Of a stretch of 24,000 bases of DNA, positions 17,450 through 24,000 are shown one piece after another (the stretch's first letter is position 1; each line of letters starts with the position of its first letter). Made by a program: the position numbers and the translations under genes. The stretch is from the NCBI RefSeq assembly GCF_000423105.1, contig NZ_AUHI01000004.1, positions 362,810 through 386,809 of the forward strand. The letters run 5' to 3'. The notes beneath the pieces are model-generated. The model was not told the DNA's origin and did no database searches. It saw nothing but the letters and a program-made list of their open reading frames with translations. Source of the DNA: Halalkalibacillus halophilus DSM 18494. GTDB taxonomy: Bacteria > Bacillota > Bacilli > Bacillales > Alkalibacillaceae.

Positions 17450-19327
17450 ATGTCTCAACGAAATTATACTATCGGTATGGCTGGCCATATAGATCATGGA
17501 AAAACGGAACTTACGAAGGCATTAACTGGGACAAACACAGACAGGTTGAAAGAAGAAAAAGAACGAAGAATATCTATAGAATTAGGGTATGCTCCGCTCC
17601 TCCAATCTGAGGAACAAACGATATCGATTATAGATGCTCCAGGACATGAAAAATTTATTCGTCAAATGATTGCAGGCGTCTATTCCGTTGATCTCGTTTT
17701 ATTAATTGTTGCTGCTGATGAAGGCGTGATGCCACAAACGAAAGAACATATGGAGATTTTACATTATCTCGGCATTGAGAATGTGTGGTTTGTGATCTCC
17801 AAGGTGGATACCGTAGAGGAAGAGATGCTTTCCATTGTAGAAGAAGATTTAAGAGAACATATGAAACAATCATATTATCATGATCAGGCGATTTTTCATG
17901 TGGACTCCGTTAGCTTCCAAGGAATAAAACAATTAAAAGATGCCATCACGCAACACCTAGAGAGTTCACCTGTAAAGGATCAGTTTGGCGAATTCAGACT
18001 TGCAGTTGATCAAGTTTTTTCTATCCATGGGACTGGTACTGTTGTGAGAGGCACTATAATGAGCGGGATTGTGCAAGAAGGCGAAGAGGTTCTACTTCTC
18101 CCTTCAAATAATAGAACTCAAGTTAAAACGATTAGACAGTTTTCAAACAATGTATCTCTTGCTAAGGCGGGAAGTAGGACTGCTCTATCGTTAAGAAACT
18201 TACAAGTGAATGAGATAAAAAGAGGGGAAGTAGTTACCTCTAATTTACAAGCACTTGCTACTAGACGAGTGGACTTGGAGTTAAGGGTTAGTCCGTATTT
18301 AGATAAATGGATTAAACAACGTTCACCTATTAAACTGCATGTTAACACTAGTGAAGCATATGGTAGAATTGTTTTTTTCGATAGGAATAGAGTAGAGGAG
18401 CCAGACGAACTTCTTTATGTTCAAGTTGAATTAGACGACCCAATATATGTCCATAAAGGGGATCGTTTTGTACTTCGAAGGGCAACTCCGGTTGAAACCA
18501 TTGGAGGCGGTCGTATTATAGTCCCACAAGCCTCGAAACATAAATTTGGGATGGATACAGTGGAATGGTTAAAAGAAAGGTCTGAAGCCTCCTTGGAGGA
18601 ACAAATACTATTGTTAATCGAAGAGGATCCGGGAATCGATTTTACCAAATTGAAAAGTCAATTCACCTCCTCTTTGTCAGAAGTAGAAGATAAGTTTCAT
18701 GAATTACAAAAAGAGAGAATCGTACAAATAGATTACAAATTATATACTGTTAATCAGGTGAAATATGCAGAAGATTCGTTAATTAGGACTTTAACAAAAT
18801 TCCATGAAAGTAACCCGATGAAAAAAGGATTAAATAAATCAGAAGTCATTCAATCATTACCTTATCAAACCAAACGTGAAATGACGTTACTTCACTACTT
18901 TATTGACCAAGAAGTTATTGAACAGTCGATGCATTATATTTACCTAAAAGGATTTTCACCTTATGTTCCAGACAACTTAAAGGAAATGGTAGATTCATAC
19001 TTGAACCAGTTGTATAAAGACAAATATGAGGTGAAGGAGTATAGCAATTACTTAACTGAGATGTCAGCTTCAGAGCAAGTAAATGTGATAAACTATTTAA
19101 TTGATCAGAGTCGAATTGAACCTCTAACCGACGAACTAATGATGGATTCTTCAAGGTTTAAAGAGAGTGTGGACCAACTAAAGGGAATTTCTGAAGAGTC
19201 ATTCTCTTTAAAAGAAGCGAAAGATGAATTGGGTCTATCAAGAAAGTATCTTATACCGTTACTAGAATTAATGGATCATAAAGGGATAACCATTCGACAG
19301 GAAAATGTACGTGTATGGAATTCGTAA
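17450..19327 (+). CDS. selB: Selenocysteine-specific translation elongation factor SelB
   Basis: The N-terminal EF-Tu-like G domain (GMAGHIDHGKTELTKALTG, DAPGHEKF, SKVD) is followed by a long C-terminal extension of about 250 aa, as expected for the winged-helix SECIS-binding domains. The protein is 625 aa. The gene starts 15 nt after the kinase stop codon. Confidence 0.9.
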   Translation: MSQRNYTIGMAGHIDHGKTELTKALTGTNTDRLKEEKERRISIELGYAPLLQSEEQTISIIDAPGHEKFIRQMIAGVYSVDLVLLIVAADEGVMPQTKEHMEILHYLGIENVWFVISKVDTVEEEMLSIVEEDLREHMKQSYYHDQAIFHVDSVSFQGIKQLKDAITQHLESSPVKDQFGEFRLAVDQVFSIHGTGTVVRGTIMSGIVQEGEEVLLLPSNNRTQVKTIRQFSNNVSLAKAGSRTALSLRNLQVNEIKRGEVVTSNLQALATRRVDLELRVSPYLDKWIKQRSPIKLHVNTSEAYGRIVFFDRNRVEEPDELLYVQVELDDPIYVHKGDRFVLRRATPVETIGGGRIIVPQASKHKFGMDTVEWLKERSEASLEEQILLLIEEDPGIDFTKLKSQFTSSLSEVEDKFHELQKERIVQIDYKLYTVNQVKYAEDSLIRTLTKFHESNPMKKGLNKSEVIQSLPYQTKREMTLLHYFIDQEVIEQSMHYIYLKGFSPYVPDNLKEMVDSYLNQLYKDKYEVKEYSNYLTEMSASEQVNVINYLIDQSRIEPLTDELMMDSSRFKESVDQLKGISEESFSLKEAKDELGLSRKYLIPLLELMDHKGITIRQENVRVWNS

Positions 19328-19370
19328 TTTATCTTTTAAAGTGAATGTATTCTGCGACGATCAAACAAAT

Positions 19371-19419
19371 AAAACTCCAATGTAATTCATTTTAAAATGG
19401 AATTACACTGGAGTTTTTT
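19371..19419. terminator. Bidirectional terminator between convergent selB and selD
   Basis: An 18-position stem pairs 19371-19388 with 19400-19417, with one A-C mismatch. It is flanked by AAAA on one side and TTTTTT on the other. Confidence 0.85.
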
Positions 19420-19458
19420 AATTAATGGCCACCTAATTCGAAAAGTATTGCCAGAGGT

Positions 19459-20517
19459 TTAGTTAACATAAATCGGATATGGTTGTTGTTCAGATACTTC
19501 TCCGATAACCTTAGCTCCGAGTGAGCCAGTAGCATTTAATTTTTCTACATAGGATTTGGCCTGTTCAGCAGGTAGAGAAACTAATAGCCCACCTGAAGTG
19601 ATTGCGTCAGCGAGGATTACCCGTTGAATTTCCGTAATCTCATTTGAGAACGAAATAGATGATTCTAACCATTTTAAGTTTTCTTTACTACCACCAGGTA
19701 TGGCTCCTTTTTCAGCTAGCTCTGAAGTTCCTTTGATTACTGGAACTTGTTCGTTAAAGATCGTAAACGTTTTATTACTACCACGAGCCATTTCTAAAGC
19801 ATGGCCTAATAAGCCAAATCCAGTAACATCTGTAACTGCATGGGCATTACACTCATGTAAAAAAGATGCAGCCTTTTTATTCAATTCTTTCATCCAGTAG
19901 ATTGCTTCATTAGATATATGTTCAGGAGCGAATCCTTTTTTTACAGCTGTAGTAATGATTCCGCCACCAATAGGTTTTGTTAATACAAGTAGATCTCCAA
20001 CTTGACTACTTGTGTTTGTTAAAACTTTATCAGGATGAGCAATACCGGTTACTGCCATGCCGAATTTTGGTTCTAGATCATCGATGGAGTGGCCACCAAT
20101 AATGGAGCCTCCAGCTTCATGGACTTTATCTTCTGCTCCTTGAAGGATAAAAGACAACATATCAGCACCATATTTTTTTACAGAGAAATTCGTAATATTC
20201 AGTGCAGTTTTCACTTCGCCTCCCATTGCGTACACATCGCTCATAGCATTCGCAGCGGCTATTTCACCAAAAGTATAAGGATCATCGACAATAGGTGTAA
20301 AATAATCAACTGTTTGAATGAGAGCAATGTCATCCGTGAGTTTAAACACACCAGCATCGTCTGAACTATTTTGGCTGAATAAAACGTCGTCATTTTTTGG
20401 ATGTACTTTTACTTGACTCAACACGTGAGCCAGTTCGCTTGGCGCGAGTTTACATCCTCAACCAGCTTTGGTTGAAAGAGAAGTTAATCGGATGATTTCA
20501 TCTTCACTTTTATTCAT
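19459..20517 (-). CDS. selD: Selenophosphate synthetase SelD, Sec-containing form (352 codons; codon 20 = in-frame UGA read as selenocysteine)
   Basis: The ORF track starts this gene at 20424 (TTG). Reading the same frame upstream gives ATG(20517) MNKSEDEIIRLTSLSTKAG-TGA-GCKLAPSELAHVLSQV..., which recreates the SelD N-terminal glycine-rich loop. The UGA falls where E. coli SelD has its catalytic Cys (G-C-G-C-K). A GGGGG RBS and a TATAAT -10 (20550-20545) lie upstream. The rest of the protein is a clear SelD/AIR-synthase fold (DDAGVF, DYFTPIVDDPY..GEIAAANAMSDVYAMGG). Confidence 0.88.
20458..20460 (-). other. Recoded UGA (Sec) codon of selD
   Basis: The plus strand TCA at 20458-20460 is a minus-strand TGA, in frame between codons G19 and G21. 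The downstream mRNA (CUCGCGCCAAGCGAACUGGCUCACGUG) contains partial dyads (GCCA/UGGC, CGCG/CGUG) that could form a SECIS-like structure. This was not verified by folding. Confidence 0.8.
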
Positions 20518-20659
20518 TTCCCATACCCCCAATCCACTGATTTCATTATACGTGATATAAGATAAATAGAAAACTAAGCCAATTGGACAATTAAAAATGA
20601 TTGAATTTTAAAGGGTATTCTTTTAAGCTAGAAGTAATATACAACTAGGAGGAATTGGA

Positions 20660-20899
20660 ATGAGCTATAAAGTATCTATCGAATTTTGCATGCAGTGAAA
20701 CTATGCGCCAAAAGCTGCGAGTTTCGCAGATGAATTATTTACACATTTTCGTCATGACATTTCAGAAATGAAACTGATCCCTGCATCGGGTGGAGCATTT
20801 GAAGTAAAAATAGACGGAAATAAAATTTATTCTAAGTTAGATACAGGCGTGTTTCCAAAGTCTGAAGATATAATCAATGATATTCACACCATGAAATAA
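20660..20899 (+). CDS. Rdx-family (SelW/SelT/SelH-like) thioredoxin-fold selenoprotein, 79 codons with in-frame UGA at codon 13 (C-M-Q-U motif); absent from the ORF track
   Basis: The ATG at 20660 follows an AGGAGG RBS (20647-20652). The translation is MSYKVSIEFCMQ-U-NYAPKAASFADELFTHFRHDISEMKLIPASGGAFEVKIDGNKIYSKLDTGVFPKSEDIINDIHTMK. This fits the Rdx pattern IE[YF]C-x-x-[CU]...[RK]A...L...F....L.P...G.FE[VI]..[DN]G..I[YW]SK...G.FP. Both halves are in one frame across TGA 20696-20698. A hairpin follows the UGA and a terminator-like stem follows the stop. Confidence 0.85.
20715..20729 (+). promoter_or_regulatory. Candidate bacterial SECIS hairpin of the Rdx-like gene
   Basis: A perfect 6-bp stem pairs CTGCGA with TCGCAG around the apical GTT. 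Read as a 5-bp stem, the loop is AGTTT. The stem starts 16 nt after the UGA, inside the coding sequence. G/U in the apical loop is typical of bacterial SECIS elements. Confidence 0.6.
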
Positions 20900-20906
20900 T
20901 TAACCC

Positions 20907-20941
20907 AAACCCACCGAATAAGTAAGAATTTCGGTGGGTTT
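20907..20941 (+). terminator. Terminator-like hairpin after the Rdx-like gene (no strong U tract)
   Basis: A 12-bp perfect stem pairs AAACCCACCGAA with TTCGGTGGGTTT, with an 11-nt loop. The following sequence is ATGTATAAAAT rather than a T-run. Confidence 0.55.
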
Positions 20942-21000
20942 ATGTATAAAATAGGGACAGGAAAACGGTTTTACTTCAATAATAGAACGGAGATACAATT

Positions 21001-22422
21001 ATGAACGATAAAATGAGACTTATCCCTTCCATACATCAGCTAATGCTAGATGATCGAATTCAATTCATTCAAAGTGAGTATGAGTTGACCAGTGTAGAAC
21101 TAAAACAAGTATTACAAGAATCTTTGAGTGAATTTAGAGAGTCTATTTTTGCAGAAAAAGTAAGTTTAAATAGCAAAGAAGAAGTAATGGATCATATCTA
21201 TGTTTTAACTAAGAGATATAGTGATCAGATTTCTACACCCAATCTTCAACAAGTAATTAATGCTACAGGAACAGTTCTTCATACAAATCTGGGGCGAGCT
21301 CGCCTTTCTAAATCTTCTCTTGATGCTTTACAACAAATTGGAGCAAATTACTCCTCTTTAGAGTTTGATATCAAAAGTGGTAGGAGGGGATCTAGGCATG
21401 ACCTAGTGGAATCGCAATTAATACATTTAACAGAAGCAGAGGCTGCTATGACAGTTAATAATAATGCGGCAGCGGTCTATCTGATACTGTCTGCTTTTGC
21501 CAAAAATCAAGAAGTAATTGTGTCTAGAGGTGAGTTAGTAGAAATCGGAGGAAGTTTTCGGGTATCTACAATAATGGAAGAAAGCGGCGCACAATTAGTG
21601 GAAGTAGGAACAACGAATAAAACGCACTTATATGATTATACGGAAGCAATAACGTCTGAGAGTAGCATGCTTATGCGTGTCCACACAAGTAACTTTTATA
21701 TGAAAGGTTTCACTTCCAGTGTAGAAAGAGAAGAACTTATTAAAACCTCAAAGCAAGAAGAATTACTTTATTATGAGGATCTTGGAAGTGGCATGATTTA
21801 TGACTTGAAACAGCATCAAATAGGCTCAGAACCTAGTGTGGCCGATGTTATTCGCACAGGCGCAGACCTTGTCTCATTTAGTGGAGATAAGCTTTTAGGA
21901 GGGCCACAAGCTGGGATTATTGTTGGAAAAAAAGAATGGATAAATAAATTAAAGAAGCATCCACTCGCGCGGGTTCTTCGCATGGATAAATTCTCGTATG
22001 CTGCCTTAGAACAGACACTTAAAGATTATACGAAGGGTTCAGATTTTTTAAGAAGTCAAAACCCAACTATTAGGGATATATTAAAGCCTGCTAGTGAACT
22101 GAGGCAAGAGGTAGAAGCAAAATTAGCCGAATTAAATGACTTAAAAATGTTGAAAGTTTACGGAAAAGATATTATATCGAAAGTGGGAGGGGGGACGCTT
22201 CCAGAAGTTGAACTGGATTCATACGGAATTGCAATAAAGTCTGAAAGTATAAATAGTATGGAAATCCAAGAACTTTTAAGAAGTGATCAGCAACCAATTG
22301 TTTGTAGAATCGAACACGAAGCTTGTGTTTTGGATTTTCGAACACTTGATTGGGAAGAACAAAAAAGATGTATGAATGCTATAGTGGAGTTGGATAAACA
22401 ATTACGTGAAGAACTGTTATAA
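21001..22422 (+). CDS. selA: L-seryl-tRNA(Sec) selenium transferase SelA
   Basis: The 473-aa protein carries SelA signatures (INATGTVLHTNLGRA, VSRGELVEIGGSFR) and the PLP-lysine region FSGDKLLGGPQAGIIVGKK. Confidence 0.92.
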   Translation: MNDKMRLIPSIHQLMLDDRIQFIQSEYELTSVELKQVLQESLSEFRESIFAEKVSLNSKEEVMDHIYVLTKRYSDQISTPNLQQVINATGTVLHTNLGRARLSKSSLDALQQIGANYSSLEFDIKSGRRGSRHDLVESQLIHLTEAEAAMTVNNNAAAVYLILSAFAKNQEVIVSRGELVEIGGSFRVSTIMEESGAQLVEVGTTNKTHLYDYTEAITSESSMLMRVHTSNFYMKGFTSSVEREELIKTSKQEELLYYEDLGSGMIYDLKQHQIGSEPSVADVIRTGADLVSFSGDKLLGGPQAGIIVGKKEWINKLKKHPLARVLRMDKFSYAALEQTLKDYTKGSDFLRSQNPTIRDILKPASELRQEVEAKLAELNDLKMLKVYGKDIISKVGGGTLPEVELDSYGIAIKSESINSMEIQELLRSDQQPIVCRIEHEACVLDFRTLDWEEQKRCMNAIVELDKQLREELL

Positions 22423-22573
22423 AAGGATATTTTTTGCCGAAATTTCGTTTTAAACGTTTTACTTCTAATATATTTTCATATAAAATGAATACGTGCAGAA
22501 AGATTGGCTATTTTAAACGAAAATTGCTAATTAAAAATCCAAAAAAATTACATACTTCAAGGGGGTAAATAAC

Positions 22574-24000
22574 ATGGGATCAAGCAACGCTTTTAATTCA
22601 AAAAAGCAATTTGAACTGAATGGTAAAACGTACAATTATTATCATTTAAAAGCATTAGAAGAACAAGGGCAAGTAAATATTAAGAAGCTTCCGTTCTCTA
22701 TTCGTGTTTTACTAGAATCTGTATTGCGTCAACATGACGGCCATGTAATTAAAAATGAACACATTGAAAAATTAGCAAAATGGGCAGATGGAGAAAAGGT
22801 CGATGTACCTTTTAAGCCATCACGTGTCATTTTACAGGACTTCACTGGTGTACCAGCTGTAGTGGACCTAGCTTCTTTACGTAAAGCGATGGTTGATATG
22901 GGTGGAAGCCCTGATAAAATTAACCCAGAAGTACCAGTTGACTTAGTAATTGACCACTCGGTGCAAGTAGATAAGTATGGTACTCCTGATTCATTGAAAT
23001 TTAATATGGATATGGAATTTAATCGTAATGGAGAACGTTATGAGTTCTTACATTGGGCACAAAAAGCTTTTGACAACTACCGTGCTGTACCACCAGCAAC
23101 TGGTATCGTGCACCAAGTTAACTTAGAGTACATTGCAAATGTCGTTCATTCTCAAGAGCAAGAGGATGGTACGTATGATGCATTCCCAGATACTTTAGTA
23201 GGTACTGACTCACACACTACTATGATTAACGGTTTAGGTGTACTTGGTTGGGGTGTAGGAGGAATTGAAGCGGAAGCAGGTATGCTTGGTCAGCCTTCTT
23301 ATTTCCCTACTCCAGAAGTTATTGGTGTTAAGTTAACTGGTAGTATGCCAGAAGCTACAACTGCTACTGACTTAGCCTTGAAAGTAACTCAAGTACTACG
23401 TCAGAAGAATGTTGTCGGTAAGTTCGTTGAATTCTTTGGTCCAGGTCTAACGTCAATGCCATTAGCTGATCGTGCAACTATTTCAAACATGGCTCCTGAA
23501 TATGGTGCAACGTGTGGTTTCTTCCCAGTCGATGATGAAACACTTAATTACATGCGTTTAACAGGCCGTTCAGAAGATCAAATTGAGTTAGTTAAAGAGT
23601 ATTTGCAGAGAAATGATTTATTCTATACTACAGATCAAGAAGATCCTGAATTCACGGAATTAGTAGAAATTAACTTATCAGAATTAGAGCCGAATCTATC
23701 TGGACCAAAACGTCCACAAGATTTAATTCCTTTATCTGCAATGAAAAAATCATTTAATGAAGCATTGACTGCTCCTGCAGGTAACCAAGGATTCGGATTA
23801 ACTTCAAAAGAAATTGACCGTGAAGCTGAAGTAAACTTTAACGATGGTTCGAAGACGACAATGAAGACTGGTTCTTTAGCAATTGCGGCAATCACTTCTT
23901 GTACAAATACTTCTAACCCGCACGTTATGCTTGGTGCTGGACTACTTGCTAAAAAGGCAGTAGAAAAAGGATTAGATGTACCACCATATGTAAAAACTTC
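22574..24000 (+). CDS. citB: Aconitate hydratase A (3' partial, runs off the window; not in the ORF track because no stop is reached)
   Basis: The ATG at 22574 follows an AAGGGGG RBS. The translation [30 protein letters not shown]...[18 protein letters not shown]...[18 protein letters not shown]...[26 protein letters not shown]...[10 protein letters not shown] is colinear with B. subtilis CitB. Confidence 0.95.
   Translation, partial: MGSSNAFNSKKQFELNGKTYNYYHLKALEEQGQVNIKKLPFSIRVLLESVLRQHDGHVIKNEHIEKLAKWADGEKVDVPFKPSRVILQDFTGVPAVVDLASLRKAMVDMGGSPDKINPEVPVDLVIDHSVQVDKYGTPDSLKFNMDMEFNRNGERYEFLHWAQKAFDNYRAVPPATGIVHQVNLEYIANVVHSQEQEDGTYDAFPDTLVGTDSHTTMINGLGVLGWGVGGIEAEAGMLGQPSYFPTPEVIGVKLTGSMPEATTATDLALKVTQVLRQKNVVGKFVEFFGPGLTSMPLADRATISNMAPEYGATCGFFPVDDETLNYMRLTGRSEDQIELVKEYLQRNDLFYTTDQEDPEFTELVEINLSELEPNLSGPKRPQDLIPLSAMKKSFNEALTAPAGNQGFGLTSKEIDREAEVNFNDGSKTTMKTGSLAIAAITSCTNTSNPHVMLGAGLLAKKAVEKGLDVPPYVKT

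Noticed and set aside
19459-20424. The track's 321-aa version of selD, starting at TTG 20424
   Set aside because: It would lack the catalytic N-terminal loop. The same frame extends upstream through a single TGA to an ATG with an RBS and a conserved G-U-G-C-K motif. It is replaced by 19459..20517.
20705-20711. Heptamer GCGCCAA shared downstream of both UGA codons (Rdx-like gene 20705-20711; selD mRNA, minus strand about 20440-20446)
   Set aside because: It is tempting as a common SelB recognition element. However, the spacing from the UGA differs (6 vs 12 nt). In both genes it simply encodes Ala-Pro in conserved protein motifs. A 7-mer shared once could also be chance.
16050-22422. Mobile-element boundaries for the sel island (integrase, transposase, att-like direct repeats, tRNA-targeted insertion)
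   Set aside because: No recombinase or transposase ORF is present, and I saw no obvious terminal direct or inverted repeats when reading the flanks. The tRNA here is the island's own selC rather than an integration target. The block is therefore not called a mobile element.
22423-22573. citB promoter, CcpC box and CodY box assignments
   Set aside because: Several weak -35/-10 combinations and partial GAAAATT-like half-sites exist in this very AT-rich leader. None was strong enough to call without a PWM.
497-23895. Remaining short antisense or overlapping ORFs in the track (497-679, 4702-4914, 8779-9027, 9216-9464, 10015-10287, 10863-11090, 13042-13293, 13769-14023, 14195-14410, 15304-15501, 16228-16443, 16876-17079, 17655-17873, 18118-18348, 18421-18648, 18915-19154, 19700-19900, 20089-20364, 23635-23895)
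   Set aside because: Each is nested within or antisense to a longer CDS that has clear family signatures. None has a convincing RBS or a recognisable motif.
1-24000. CRISPR arrays, rRNA genes, riboswitches or T-box leaders, and prophage or defence-system genes
   Set aside because: I saw no regularly spaced direct repeats, no rRNA-like sequence, no long structured 5' leaders upstream of the biosynthetic genes, and no nuclease, helicase or methylase clusters on either strand.

Overview
This window is a Bacillaceae-type chromosomal segment at about 38% GC by eye. The backbone follows the Bacillus gene order as I recall it from B. subtilis and relatives: mutL(partial)-miaA-hfq-hflX-ynbB-glnR-glnA, then a cupin gene, then a LexA-box-controlled small-protein/YolD-like/Y-family-polymerase cassette. 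It continues with lexA, ynzC, tkt, sirA, yneF, ccdA, an MnhB-like gene, ccdC and yneK, and ends in citB (aconitase, 3' partial).

The notable content is a compact selenocysteine (Sec) decoding island at about 16050-22422, between yneK and citB. It holds tRNA-Sec (selC, UCA anticodon), a PAS sensor histidine kinase packed tightly against selB, selD, and selA.

Two genes in the island are recoded by in-frame UGA, so the supplied ORF track truncates one and misses the other:
- selD really runs 20517..19459 on the minus strand. Codon 20 is TGA, in the motif G-U-G-C-K.
- An unlisted 79-codon Rdx/SelW-like gene at 20660..20899 has a C-x-x-U redox motif. A perfect 6-bp hairpin starts 16 nt after its UGA and is a SECIS candidate.

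I saw no CRISPR array, rRNA, transposase or integrase. All homology statements come from reading the translations by eye. No searches or folding programs were run.
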